This document shows positions 12,830 through 25,586 of a stretch of DNA of 64,000 nucleotides, in pieces (position 1 is the first letter of the stretch; every line of letters starts with the position of its first letter). This DNA comes from Lama glama (Eukaryota). The position numbers and the translations under genes were made by a program. The notes beneath the pieces were generated by a model, which worked only from the letters and a program-made list of their open reading frames with translations, did not search any database and was not told where the DNA came from. The stretch covers positions 1,674,001 to 1,738,000 of the forward strand of contig CM052825.1 in NCBI GenBank assembly GCA_028534125.1, read 5' to 3'.

Positions 12830-13220
12830 GTGTTGGTTGTCTACTGCTGCATGAAGGAACCACCTCAAAATTCAGTGTTTCAAAACCACCACCACGATGC
12901 TCGTTCACAAGTCCGGGGGCTCAGCAGCCTGGCCCCATCTGGGTTCTTACGCTGTCACCTGGAGTTGCTCATGTGGCAGATCCACTGGGGCTGGATGGTC
13001 TCTGATGGCCTCGTTCATGGCTGGTGGCTGGTGCTGACTCAACAGACCGCGTGGCTCCAGCTGGCTGCCTTGGGCTTCTTGACCTGGTGTCTCAGGGAGA
13101 CAGGAATGTGCAAGCTGGAGGCCTGAGGGCTAGTCTGCTCGGGTCCCATTTACTCATGCTCCTCTGGCCAAAGCCCATCACAGCCGACCCCAGGCCAAGT
13201 TCCTGCAAGGGGCAGGTGGG
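12830..13220. mobile_element. Probable degraded MaLR (MLT1) LTR
   Basis: tctactgctgcatgaaggaaccacctcaaaattcagtgtttcaaaacc resembles an MLT1 terminus. Boundaries approximate. Confidence 0.5.
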
Positions 13221-14070
13221 CCAGAGCAAGGCAGGACCCGAGGCTGTGGACGCAGGGCCAGGACTGTGACCGCCTTGACTCAGTGGCCCCCCAGATGGGG
13301 AGAGACTTCCCCGCGCTGCAGTGCACTGCGGGATGCCCCCTGGGCAGCCAGTCAGTTCCGTTCCACCCTGGTGGGCACAGGAGAGGGGCCGGGCTGGGCA
13401 GCTGGGAGAGGCAGGTCAGGGAGGCTAAGGGGCCTCTGGGCTCCTCCTGGCAGCCTCATGGACCTCCACGCTGTCTCCAGGAGCAGTGGGCGGGGGTCTC
13501 CGGCCCTTTGTGGGCTGGGATCTGAGTTGGAGACGAAGGCTGACTGGGCAGCCGTTGGGAAGGCAGGCTGCCTTTGTGCTACCCTGCGCCTGGGGAGAGA
13601 AGACGCCTTTCCGGGACGTAGGGAGCAGCCCAGCAGCGCCGGGGAGGAGCTCCTCCCCCAGCCCCCACCCCACCCCTGGCTGCACTTCCCTCTCCGCAGC
13701 CCCACCAGCCGCTCTCCAGCCTGGGCTCCCTGGTGACAGTGTCCTCCAAAGGCGGGGGCCCTCCACCAGGCAGCTTCCCAATCCTCCGTCTCCCCTCCCC
13801 GCCCACCCCCCAGCCCCGGCCCAGTGGTCCCAGGACCACACTGGAAAGAAAGAGGGTGTCTACAGCAGTAGCCTGGCTTCCTTCCCTCATTGGTGGTAAC
13901 CTGTCCCCCACGTGACCCGCTCAAGTTGTCTGTCACTCACCCACAGCCAGGAAGTCTCCACCTTGCCTGGGAGAGGCTGGGCCACAGCTCCCATCTGGGA
14001 GGCCCTGGGTCCCCAGGTTCAAGCCGGGGCTGGACAGACCTTGCTCCCTCACACACAGGGTGCCCTGTCC

Positions 14071-14111
14071 CAGGGCCAGGGCCAGGGCCAGGGCCAGGGC
14101 CAGGGCCAGGG
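14071..14111. repeat. (CAGGGC)n hexamer microsatellite, ~7 units
   Basis: Perfect repeat read directly from the sequence. Confidence 0.95.
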
Positions 14112-16059
14112 AGTCAGCGTGGGCCAGGGCCCCCCCATGTCCCCAGGGTGGGCTGCCTCGTCCGGGGAGCCTTGAGGACCTCCTGCTGCCCAGGGAAGTG
14201 TGCCCAGCCTGTGCTCAGAGGAGGAGGCCCCTGGCCCATGTCGCCCAGAACTGCTCCTCCTCACCACCCAGTCTCTGAAGGACTCTGACCACGCTGTTCT
14301 CCTGCTGGCTCCTCCCTGGCTCCCAGGGCCTCAGGATCAAGTCCAAAGTCACCAGCACCTGCTCCTGCTGACCCTGCCTCCGTCTCGTGGGGGTGCAGGG
14401 TGGGCAGGGTCAGGAGAGGGGCAAGGTAGAGGCATCCGGAAGTGAGGCCATGATGACAACATATCACGGCCGGGTCCTTGGTCGGTGCTTCACACGGGTT
14501 TCTGGAACGGACATCATCACCATGCTCTCAGAGAGCTCCCCTGGCTGGCACAGGCCCGCCCCGACCACCGGCTCACCGCCTCCCAGAGACACGGACGGAT
14601 CCTGTCATTCCCTTGTTTACAGAGAGGAGACTGAGGCTCACCCAGGTCCCCGGCCAGGATGGCTGGGGCCCTTCGCCTGGCTCCCTCTGCCTGTGGGCAC
14701 AGGGACCCTTTCCTCCCCAGACATCCCAGCTGGATCTGCGGCGTGGGCGGGAGACGTCAGGGAGCAAGAGGTCCCACCGGGCTCCCCTCCCTGATGCCCA
14801 GGGCTGAGGCCCTGGCTGCGTGGGCCCTGCTGCACTAACGGCCTGGGAGTGCATGGAGAGCCTGAGGAGGGACGGGAGGCTGGAAATATGCCCCCCATCT
14901 GAGGCTGCTCCCCCTCCATTGGCCGGCCCCTCCTCCAGGGGCCCTGGGATGCCCTGAGCCCTCTCTTTCTGCAGGGCTGGCTGGGAGAGGGCCGGCTTCA
15001 CTGGGCTCTGACGGGCACTGGGGTGGGGGCAGCGTTCAGAGGGTCCCTCACCAGCCCTGGGGCCACTGTGTGCCCTCCCAGCTGCCAGCGGGCCTTCCGC
15101 CTTCTGAAATGCAAGTCGCTCCTGTCATCCTCCTGCCAGCAGCCCTTCCCTGTTCCCACGGCTCCCAGCGTGAGGGCCAGACTCCTTGGGCAGAATGTGC
15201 AACCCCCTCGGCCTCTGCTTCCCTCCTGAGCTCCGTGGCCCCCACCGCCCCGGGCCCACCAGGCCCCAGCGACCTGGCGCCATTTTTGTCTGGGGTGGGG
15301 GTGGGGCAGATGGTTCCCTCTGCAGAAAGACCCCCCACCTCCCCGGTCAGCCCCAGCCCCTCATCCCCTCCTCTGCGTGTGTCTGTGGGGGGTCAGGGGG
15401 AGTTCCTGACCCCATGGCTGCTGCCCCCCTGCAGGCCATGTCCCCGGGCCCCTCCCGCCAGGGACCTCACCGCCGCCGTGGTGAGGAGAACTTGGCTGAG
15501 TTCTGCCCACTTGGTCCCCAGCACCTGTGCAGGTGAACGTTGGGCGGTGAAGGAATTTACTCCAGTCCCACCAAGCTCAGCCTGGGTGAGAGACAGACTT
15601 GCAAACAGATGAGACGCACCTTGATGGCACGCACAGAGTCCCTCCCTCCCTCAGTGCGTGGCAGCTGCGAACGTGCAGGAAATCTTAAAACATACAAAAT
15701 GAACTCATTTTGTGAGAACACAAAGAAAGGAGGGGCTGATTCCAAAGAGCTGCTCAGCAGCCGTTGTGGCAGGCGGGCAGGCTTGGGGGAAAGGACGCTC
15801 CTGGCTGGGAAACAGCTCATCCTGGGGCCAGCTGGAGGCGGGGAAGGGCCTCGTGGGGAAAGGGCAGCTGTGTGTGGCTAGACAGGGGATGGTGGACCAA
15901 GCAGGGTGCCACGCGGAATCTAAATGAGTCTGCTGGGTGAGGGGCTGGTGTGGGTTCACACTGGTTCTTAACCAAGGGCCCAGGGGCCTGACCGTGGAGG
16001 GAGATGAGGAGCAGGGAGGAGAGCGCTGGCCTTCCCACCGGACCTATCCTCTTCCTCCG

Positions 16060-16425
16060 TAGCAACAGTGCCTCCCACTTTCGTTGTCTATGGCCTTCTA
16101 GAATAAAAGACATTTCCAGGCTCCCTTGTAGCTGGATGTGCAACAATGTTCTGACCTATGGGATATGAGTGCGAAGTGTTCTCAAGTGAGGGGACACCGC
16201 CTGCTTCCTTCCAGCTGCCTGGAATTCTTGTGTTGTGGCTGGAGCTCAGGCAGCCAGTTCGGACCATGAAGCCTTGTGCTTAGGAGAGGGAAGCCACAGA
16301 AGAGTACAGGACTTTGAAAACTGTGCAGCCTTCATACCTCACCTGCGCTGCTCTCCTCGGACTTTGGAAACTCCTGACTTGTTTGGGTTACTGTTACTTG
16401 GGGTGTTCTCAGACTCCAGTCAGAC
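16060..16425. mobile_element. Probable degraded MaLR (MLT1J-like) LTR
   Basis: catttccaggctcccttgtagctggatgtg...ctgcctggaa...gtggctggagctcaggcagcca motifs typical of old MLT1. Confidence 0.45.
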
Positions 16426-16759
16426 CTAAGTCTAGGAAAGGGGAGGACGGACAGGAGGGCTCAGATCCTGAGGACTCGCCTGGGACACAATGGACAGAAC
16501 TTGGTTGCTAATTGGAGGCGGGCTCCAGGGAGTGAGAAGGGAGTGCCAAGGCTCCCCCCCGAGATCCCGTCTTGGGAGGCCGGGAGAACGGTTCACTCCA
16601 CGTGCGCTAAGCACTTTTTGTGTGCCATGTACCACAAGAGCATGCAGGCGACTCACAGCATCCCCTGCTGCAAGGTGCTCTCGGTCCAGGGGGCACGGAC
16701 GGCACGACGGCAGAGCCCCGACGGAGGGAGGGGAGTCCCTCCCCCAGGAGCTGCTGGGC

Positions 16760-17630
16760 CCTTCATTTATTCACTCCGCACAGGCCCTGAGCACCTACTA
16801 TGTACCAGGCACCGTGTGAGGGCTTGGGAACAGCAACGAGCACCCCCTACCTGGAGAGGAGCTTATCTTAGGGGGTCTGATGGGGGAGTCAATCACCAAA
16901 TAATCGTGGCTTTAAGTGGAAACATGACTGCTGAGTGAACCCCTGCCACAAGTGATTATGCCAGGGCCACGGGAGGGGCCACGGAGGCTCCGAGGGGATA
17001 TGTGATGCACCAGCTGCATGTGGTTGGGAGACTCCCGGGTGCAAGGGGTGCGGGCTCCCACAGGCAAGTCCCCGACCCATCTCTCACGTGTTCCTGACCC
17101 CTGACCTCATGCAGCAGTGGACAGCTCACGGGGCCTGGCCAGAGTGAGTCTGGGCCAACTGGTGCAGGAGAGGGGCTGTTCAGGAGAGGCTGAGGTGGGA
17201 GCTGGGCTGCTGTGGGCAGGCAGGGACATGGAGAGGAGAAGACAGCCTTGGGCCGTATTTAGCAGGTGAAGTCGATAGGATTTTTTGTTACAGGAAAGGG
17301 TGGAGGGCATGGCTCAAGCAGTAGAGCGCATGCTTAGCACGGACGAGGTTGTGGGTTCAATCCCCAGTATCCTCCTCTAAAAAAATTAATAAACGCAATT
17401 ACCTCCTCCTCCCAAAACAAAAAAGAATTAAAAAATAATAGAATAATTAATTTAAAAAAAAGGATTTTTTGTTAAAGGATTGGAGATGGCTAGGAGGGCA
17501 TCACGGGAGTCACCCCCGACCCAGGCGTCTGACCTGTGTGATAATGATGGTAGGGTGAGGAGGCCTAAAGGCGAGCCTGCCTGGGAGGGGAGAACCGTGT
17601 CATCTGAAAATTTTTAAGTGGGGTGAGATA
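16760..17630 (-). mobile_element. L2 LINE remnant interrupted by a SINE
   Basis: Reverse-strand L2 3' end (cttcatttattcac...gagcacctactatgtaccaggcac). Inner boundary approximate. Confidence 0.5.
17296..17460 (+). mobile_element. tRNA-derived SINE (camelid vic-1-like)
   Basis: tRNA-like head with A/B boxes (ggctcaagcagtagagcgcatgcttagc...ggttcaatcccc), A-rich tail, and ~19-bp TSD aggattttttgtta[c/a]agga at 17277-17295 and 17461-17479. Confidence 0.88.
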
Positions 17631-19257
17631 CCTACAACATATGGTCCCGGTTCAGGGGTTGGGTTTTGTCCTGGAGTCCGTGGGACACTGTTGGGGTCAC
17701 CCAGCCTCACTGCAGATGTTGAGCGCTCTGCGCAGGAGTGCCAGGGCCCGGGGACTGACTGTGGTGGGTGAGGAGGACCGTGCCTGGCTCAGGCCTGGAC
17801 ACAGGGAGGCTGTGGTGCACTGAGATGGGACCACTGGCCGGGGGCAGGTTAGGGGCAGAGGTAAGTCCAAGCTGGGCTCGGCCGAGTCTGAGGCATCTGA
17901 GATGTGTCTGTGCAGACCCTGACACCAACATTTAGGGTCTGGGTGTTGGCGTCAGAGCCCTGGGGACACCCACGTCTAACAGGCATCAGAGGAAGGGCTG
18001 GTAGAGGCCAGAGGGGTGGGGGGGAAGACGTGTCAGTGGGGAGGGGGGTGGGGAAGGGGCCACTGCGTCCCAAACTGCAGAGAGCGTGGCCATCACCGCG
18101 CTGAGCCTGGGGGAGGCCCTCTGAGATGGGATGGCAGTGGACGGGGCTGCGACTAGCAGGGGCAGCGACTCTCTCTGTGAGCTGTGCCCCCAGCCCACCT
18201 ACCCCCGGGCTTCCTGGCTTCCATTCCTTCAGAGTGGGGCGGAAGGGAGGGGCTGGGAGGCAGCCTGAATGGTGGCCCCGGGGAGCCTTGGCACACATCG
18301 GACCCTCTGCCTTGAATCCCCGGCAGTTCTGGCCTTAATTAACGAATAGCTCAGGGGCACCCCCTCTCCCTATTCAGAAAGGACACGGCACCATGGAAAC
18401 GTCCCCCAGATTCCCTAGGCAGGCGCTGTCTGATGGGGCCGCCCTCTGGGCCTGAGCTGCCAGGGCGGGGGCTCCCGGGAGAAGGGAAGGTGCCGGCGTC
18501 CGGCCGAGCAGCCCAGGCCCATCCCCACCCGCAGCTCTCCTGTGCTCAATCCAGCCGCAGCGAAAGGAGCTGGGGACCTGGATTCTGACTTTTTTTCCTA
18601 TGTTCCCTGCGATTTTGAGGAATCTCGTATTTAAAACCATCTGGGCAGGGCCCTGGGGGACACTCAGTTACCAGCCTTTAGGAGGCTCACAGGCCTTTCC
18701 TGTAACATGAAGACTTGCCGAGAGCACCAGGCCAGTGGCAGGAACAGGGGAGAGGGATTCTGTGTTTGCGCACGTGTGGATGTGTGTGTACGTGTTTATG
18801 TTCACACGTTTATTTATACCTTCCCGCCAGCTTTCCTTCACCGGTGGTGGGGAGGCCCAGGGGTGGACCTTACTGCGTTATCCTTTCACCGGCTCCAGCT
18901 GAGATCCAGCCTCCGCCCCTGCCCCTCAAGGCTGCCTCTCTGCCGGCAGCCCCAGCCTCACGGCAGAGCAGTGGCAGCAGGCTTGCGGCTGGGCCAAGTG
19001 TCTGATGAACCCAGCCTTGCCCTGTCCCAGCCTCCTCAAGGCCCGGCCAGCTCCTCTGAAAGCGCCAGGTCCCCCAGATGAGTCATTTGCCGACAAGACA
19101 CATGGTGATCGGGTGCAAAGACGGCCTCGGGCAAGGGCTGGAGCCAACCAGCCAGTGGCTTTAGACAAATTCAAAGCCGGTGGCTTCAGACAAAGCCACA
19201 GGTGCACGCGTGCTGTGCAACAAAATACTGGCAAACCGTGCTTTCCCACAAGTCAGC

Positions 19258-19263
19258 TTTATT
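19258..19263 (-). terminator. IQCE: Candidate IQCE polyadenylation signal AATAAA
   Basis: AATAAA on the minus strand, ~2.4 kb after the stop codon, followed by GT/T-rich sequence. A second AATAAA lies at 18809-18814. Confidence 0.45.
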
Positions 19264-21660
19264 GGGGGGGGGGGTCACTGGCATCTATTTGATGCCAAGT
19301 AAGTTATTCCACCCCTGCTCCTAAAGAAAAAGTTAAATAGAATTGCGGGAAATACCCCCCACCACGTTTCTTGATTGATGTCTAAGTCCTCGTGCGTGAA
19401 CCAGGAAGAGAAGCTTCAGACAGATGCACGAGGCCAAGCGGGGAGGGGAGCAGGCTGCGGGGTCCCCTCCCTCCAGTTTCCTCTTCACTCCCAAGCCGGT
19501 GCTGTGACCAGAGCAAAAGCCGGAAGCCCAGAAAAACGGGGTTTCTGCAGCATGAGCTGCAGCAGCTGGAGGAAACGGAAAGTCTCAGGTTTGCAGGGCG
19601 ACCAAGACAAGGGCCTGCAAAGCAGCCGACAGCGACGAGCAGCACGGAGAGAAACGCTCGCCCTGCCGAAGAGTCACAGGTAAACCACGCGAGGCCAGGA
19701 CGCTGCCCGGGACAAATGTGGGACCGCGGGTCCACCAGCGCCACCCGGGGCCACCCGGCGCGCTCGCACGTCAGCTCCCAGATGCGAGTTCGGGGGCGCT
19801 GGCAGACCCGGGGGGCTTGGCAAGGCTCCGCCTGGAGAGGCAGGTGGCAGGTCTGTGTGGCAGCGTCCTCTCCTCAGAACTTCCGAGCCACCCGGGAGCA
19901 GGCACTGCTTCCAAAACCACAGAAGGGGTCTGAATGGGCTGAGACAGGGTCTAAGGGAATTTAGATTTTATCCAGATCTTGCGGGTGAATGAGGCTTTCG
20001 GCAGAGGGTATTTCTTTCTTGAAACTGAGGCAAAGCTCTGTGGCACCCATGCTAGGAGAGCTGAGCTCGGGGGCCAGGCTTCTCCTAGTGCCACTGGTCT
20101 TCTTGTTGGGACGGTCTTCCTGAAGGGCCGTGGGACCCGTCCAGCGGGGCAGCACCGGAGGCCAGCACAGGGGCAGGTGGGCCCTCTAGGCCCCAGGCCC
20201 GTCTCCTGCCCCTCCCTGTGCGGCTCCCACAGCCCTAAAACCCCAGCCCTAGGCCCCGGGCCCTGTAAGCACCCTGGGCACCTGGCATTCTCCAGGGGAC
20301 AGCTCTGCGCAGTGTCTGAGGGTCACAGAGCCACAGTGAAGGGCGCCAACCACTGGACATCCGCTGAGGTCACGGCCCTGAGCTACGGCTTCAAGACTGC
20401 TTACTTTTTCTAGATCAACACCCGAGGAGCAGAGGCAGACCCAAGTCTGTATTTACAACGCTCTGGGGCATTTTCTTAGAAAACTCAGGTCCACGGGCAG
20501 ACCTTGCCTTTCTCAGCTCTGCTGACGGCCAGGCCCCTGCAGTGACGCCAGACCTGGGGTGTACAGTGGTCTAGATACCCTGAAGCTTGCACCCAGGCCT
20601 GAGGCTTTTCCTCTTCGTCCATCAGCAAAGCCTAATCTCACAAAGAACCAGAGCCCAGCTTCTGAAAAGACCTGTGTGCCACACCCCTGGGGCTGTGGCC
20701 CCTGGGAGCCGAGCCAGGGTCTGCACATGGCGAGGGGCAGCGGTGGGGGCAGTGTGTGTGTGTGCCGGCGGGACACTTCTCCGCCCTCCCTCCCTCCCTC
20801 CCTCTCCCCTGGCAGCCCCGTGGAGGCTGCCACACCTGCCTCTGGTCTTGGGGAACAGCTTTCCCTCTGCAGGTTTCAAAATCAGATGTGATGCTACTTC
20901 TGTGATTATAATTTGGTGGTTTTTTAATCCACCCAGTGACAAAACCTACCACCCAACTCCTTCCCAGGAACAGCAGCTCTTGGGGACGGGGTCCCAAGGG
21001 GATAGCGAAGATGACAGAAGACAGGTCCGTGTGGTGAGGGGCGGGAGTGGGGAGCCCGAGGAACAAGAACCCATTTGGGGACCCTGATGTCATCCAAGTC
21101 TCAGAAACTTCTGACATGGCAGCGTTTCGTCACAGGGATGAGGGGAACCCACCCCCTACCGCGGGCCTGCCTCCTCGCACACTCCTCCAAAAGGTTCGGC
21201 ATGGCGTGTCCAGCCTGACCTGCTGCAATGAAGGCGGGGCAGATTCTGGCCGGCGGGGACGTCGAGGAGGATGAGGGGGGCGGTGTCAGCGTCAGCTCCA
21301 CGTGGAGCAGCTCTTCCCAGTCGCGGCCAAAGCTGGCCAGTGAGGTGCCAGGAAGGCGTCTTTCCGGGGCTCCCTGGCTGCCCATCGATAGGGGGAGGTG
21401 CATCTGTCTGGCACTTAAGGCCACCATGTGAGCTGCCCCTGGGGAGGCGGGAACGAGGCAACCGCCCCCAAGGGCACAATAAAGGCACCTGGGATCCTTA
21501 AACCCGCGAGGTAACAGGCAGAACAAGAGAGACCGGGAAGGCGTGCAGGCGCCAAGCAGGCACTGTTCTTTTCCTAACAAGACACACTACTTTCCAGTTT
21601 TAGGTATCCTGTCCTGTAGAACACGCCTGGTCCTCTCAACCTAACCTTCCCCTCAGAGCA

Positions 21661-21797
21661 TCACCACGTGAGGGGCGGGGAGGCCGTTTTCCTCGTGGGC
21701 AGAGCTGGTGCCAAGACGACCTCGTCCGAGTCGTCCGAGTTCACTTCCTCCGCGGGTGGAGGCATGGCGGGCTGCAGCCCCGAGGGAGAGTGCTCCG
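21661..21797 (-). CDS. IQCE: IQCE terminal coding exon (exon 23)
   Basis: Acceptor ttcctttcag. Phase 1: (A)EHSPSGLQPAMPPPAEEVNSDDSDEVVLAPALPTRKTASPPLTW*, containing the conserved VNSDDSD motif. TGA at 21663-21661. Confidence 0.9.
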
Positions 21798-23054
21798 CTG
21801 AAAGGAAGCAGAGACAGGAAGGGGGTCACCCCAGCGCTCAGGGCCGCCAGTCCCGGGCACAGACGTCCCGGATCAACTTCACGCCACGCCACCACGCCAC
21901 CCTCACTGTATGCACCCACACCACCTCCACCGATAAGCTCAGCTGCAACATTTTGGTCATTTCCAAAAAGCAAAACACCTGCGAAAGGTGAAGACTGGGG
22001 CGGCTCAAGTCTTTGGCAGGAATTTTCCACGAGCCACCCTGGCAGCAGCGTCCAGGAGCCTGGGGCCCCGGGCGGCTGGCTGTGACTCGCGGGCAGATGC
22101 GGCCAGTGGCCGCCAGCTTCCTTGGGAGGACATGGGGGCTCGTGCACTGCACGCCCCCGCAGGTGGGGGAGGCGGGACAGACGAGCCAGCGCCCGGTGAC
22201 ACCCCCACTTCCACTCCTGCCATCACACACATCCAAACCCTTCAAATCCCGTGACAGATGCTGGACGGGGAGGCTGCCTGCAGATCACCGCCACCCTGAG
22301 TGCCACCTGGACGGCATGTGAGGAGGGGCAGGGCCCTGCCGGGCCATCGCTCCCAGCCCCAGGAGGGGGCCTTGCCCTTACTGCTTCATAGAGTGAAAAA
22401 ATAACCAGCCACTGATCTGCGATTAAAAGGGAAGGAAATTGGGACTCAGCCGTGCTGCGGCTGCTCTGGGTCAGCTCTTCTTCTGTAACTTTCACGAAAA
22501 TTATTAAAGTGGAAGCTTATGAAATTAAAAACATCAGTTTTCCAGGTTATTTTCTTTTTTCCTTAAAAGCACTTCCACAGTCAGGCCACACCAGGGCTTG
22601 GTGTCCACTTTTCAGAGATGGTTTCTTTGGGTGAATGAGAGCTGGAGGCTGGAGCCTGGTCTGAGGTGGATCTTTCTGGGCAGAGGCCGAGTGACCGCTT
22701 TAAAATGACACACATTTAACAAGAGGAGAGAAAGGTGGCATGAACGACACTCTAGCCCCAATCAGAGTCTAGAGGTCATCAAACGTAGGTTCTGGTGACA
22801 TCAGTGTGAAACAGGCTTTTGGAGGACAATGTGCAGCTATGGGGGCTGGAAGGTTCTGGGGCAGCCCCCTAGCTCTGTGAACTCCCTTATCTTCCCTGCA
22901 CACCCTCTGCTGCCGATCTGTCTGCAAACAGAGGCTCTGGGGAGACCGTCCAGATTCAAAGTTACCAGCTCTCCCAGAGCTGGGGCAATGGGGTGAAGAG
23001 CCGGGGGCTTCTCCCAGACACGGAAGGGTGATGCCTTGGGACGCCTGCACTCAC

Positions 23055-23162
23055 CGGGGCCGGGTGGCGGGGCTGCCGGCTTTCCTGGGCCCCTGGGTGC
23101 TTCGTGCTCGGGAGCTGGCCCCTCCGCCGGCTCCCCGCTGCTCCCCTCACTGTCTTCCTGAC
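23055..23162 (-). CDS. IQCE: IQCE exon 22 (probable symmetric cassette exon)
   Basis: gtcatttcag acceptor and G|GTGAGT donor. 108 nt, phase 1-1, open: QEDSEGSSGEPAEGPAPEHEAPRGPGKPAAPPPGP. Confidence 0.7.
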
Positions 23163-24092
23163 CTGAAATGACACACACAAGAAACTCCCATCTGCACGGA
23201 GACTCACCATACCCCCCGCCTTCCTATCCTCACATTTTTGGCCCAGAAAAACTGCTTCCTTCTGTAGTCTGTCGTTGGCATGAAGCGCCGTTCCCTCCCT
23301 GCACCTGTCCTCCTCCGATCTCATCTCTGCCACCCCAGACTCGGCCCTGGAAGCCCTTCATGGAAAGGTTCCCACGGGAGCCACGTGTGACGGCGGCCCA
23401 CTGGCCGCCAATCACAGAGGAGACTCGGGCCTACGCTGCTCCGTCTGTGACAGACCTCAGAATGCCACCTGTGTGCCGTCTCTGGCCTTACAGAGATGGC
23501 CCAGAGCTTCCCAGTTACAGTGCGAGGCAGCAGCACCGAGGGACAGTCAGACTCGCAGGATGTGGGTCCTGAAAGTGGCTTCCAAGCGGCCTCACACACG
23601 AGGAGTGGAGGCCCCGAGGGGCCCGCATGTCCGGGGAGTGACGGAGCGGGGCCCAGGCCCCCAAGGGCGGCGGCGCCCCCGTCAGTGCCAGGACTTCTGC
23701 GCTGATGGGTTTCAGGTTGCAGCGAAGCAGGAAAGGAAGCACAAGTGAGCCTCACTTAAAACAACCACCAGGAGAAACACCGGCCCAGGGAGGAGCTGCC
23801 TCGCTCCGGTTAGACTGAGATAAAAATCAAAGCCACGAAGCTCCACCCGCGTGGCCCGTGGTGGTGGGAGCACCACTGTCACCGACCAGGAACCGGCTCC
23901 AGGTCAGGCTCCGGGGAGTCCCGTGGGGGCCGTCCCTTCCCGCTACAACCCGAGGCACCAGGGACGAAGCTGTGATGCGGAGACATCACTCGGCCTGCAG
24001 GTGGCTGCGCAGGCATGCCCCTTCACGCGTCCAGCTTCAGGGACGGTGGCAGCACTTTTGGCTTAAACCTCAGAAGGTCCGCAGCTCCTTAC

Positions 24093-24220
24093 ACGAAATC
24101 CGAAATGAAATGAAATCATCAGGAGAAGCTGCAGGGAGGGGTGAGGACAGGGGTTCGCTGTGCGGGGCCCAGGCAGATCTGTCCGCGCATGCTGCAGCAG
24201 TGGCTCTCTGACCGGCGGCA
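24093..24220 (-). CDS. IQCE: IQCE exon 21 (3' boundary uncertain)
   Basis: Acceptor ctttccccag; (S)AAGQRATAAACADRSAWAPHSEPLSSPLPAASP. No GT at the expected end (24119). The nearest in-phase donor is T|GTAAGG at 24092. Confidence 0.72.
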
Positions 24221-24871
24221 CTGGGGAAAGCAGAGAAACTAGCTGAATCTGACGTCAGAGCAGGCCGGCCTCGTCTGCGGCCTGCTGCCAGGCGCACCCC
24301 CCGCCGGAGGCCCCTGCCGCACAGAGGTGCCCAGCATCCCTGCCCGAGCCCCGGGCCGCGTGCTCTCAGCCTCGCTGTAAATCCCACTCCTTGGCCGGGT
24401 CGGCGTACACGGGGGTCCGAGCTGCTGCGGCTGGACAGTCCTGGCTGGACCCTGGTGGCCCAGCAGGCACGGTGCCGTGGACGAGGAGTGCGGGATGCGG
24501 CGGGAAGGCCCCTGACAACACCCACGTCTCCCTGAGCACAGGTCACGCCACACTTCCTTCAGGAAGGGGCAGGGCATCGGGACAGGGGGCCGCCCAGCTG
24601 CGAACTGATGGTACCAGGACCACAAGGTACCCACGCCTTCCCTCCGTCTCTCCCAGCAGGAGGAAATGCTCCTAGAAAGGCCTCTTCCCGAGGCCCAGAA
24701 TTGGCGGCCCACCCCTCCGGGAGCTGCGGGAGGAGCCTTCCACAAGGTGAGCTAGGTCCCAGGCCCGGCCCCACCCCCGTGCCTGGGCGCGATGTGCCTG
24801 GGCGGGTGGACAGCCCCTGTGCGCGCCCAGCACCGCCCTCAGGACAGAGGTGGCCTGCCGGGCGGACTTAC

Positions 24872-24993
24872 CTGTGCCTGGCCCGTGCCAGATGTGCCCG
24901 GAAGACGGACTGGATGGTGGTGATGGCCTCCTCTTGCCCCAGGTCACCCTCGGCCTGGACGACGGGGCTCAGAACGTGGGGCGAGGGGGAGTC
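24872..24993 (-). CDS. IQCE: IQCE exon 20 (IQ motif)
   Basis: DSPSPHVLSPVVQAEGDLGQEEAITTIQSVFRAHLARARH; donor AG|GTAAGT; 122 nt. Confidence 0.93.
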
Positions 24994-25475
24994 CTGCGGC
25001 AGTGACAGTGGGGAAGGCGCCGCTGGAGACCTCTGCCACCTTCCTCCTCCAGGCCCTCAGCGCCAGGTGAGAGCACGGCTCCGAGTCAGGTGGTTCCCCT
25101 CGTTCCTAACTACTTCGGCGGAGTTTCCCGATTGCAGGTTAATTCTTAGACTCCAGAGATTCTTAAAGTGCATGTCTGGGTGTTTTCACGGGGGGGGGGC
25201 TGCTACAGAACGCTCCTGTCTTTGCTGTGTTTTCAGCTTCTGTCTCAACTGCGAGGCGGACGCGCTGCTGCTGCTCCTGCACTCAGAGCGGTCTGCAGCC
25301 TGAAGCCCAGGCCAGCTGTGACCCCTTGGGCAGCTCAGGCCGCACGCGCCTTGGGGCGGGGGGCGAGGCGGGACGCGAGGACCGCAGGGTGCCTGCCCTG
25401 TCTCGTGGGGATGTGTGAAGAGAAACGGGGGCAGAGCTCAGAAGGCGGGGTCTGTGTGCAGCCCCCGAGGGTTAC

Positions 25476-25586
25476 CTGGCTGGGAGGGCTTGGCACGCTG
25501 GGGGGACGCGAGCCGCACGCTCTGCTCGATAGCAGCTTCGCCCGCGCTAGGTGCCCCCGGAAAGCCGCCTGCAGCACGGTAGCCGC
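25476..25586 (-). CDS. IQCE: IQCE exon 19 (IQ motif)
   Basis: AATVLQAAFRGHLARAKLLSSRACGSRPPSVPSPPSQ; donor CAG|GTAACC; 111 nt. Confidence 0.94.

Noticed and set aside
13890-14288. ORFs with GP/QG/RA/WP dipeptide repeats
   Set aside because: Simply translations of the (CAGGGC)n microsatellite, with no exon context.
16766-16771. Minus-strand AATAAA as a distal IQCE polyA site
   Set aside because: Lies in an L2 3' tail, where such motifs are intrinsic. It cannot be supported without 3'-end data.
17296-17375. tRNA-like sequences here and at ~51345 and ~56160
   Set aside because: SINE heads with degenerate stems, A-tails and TSDs, not tRNA genes.
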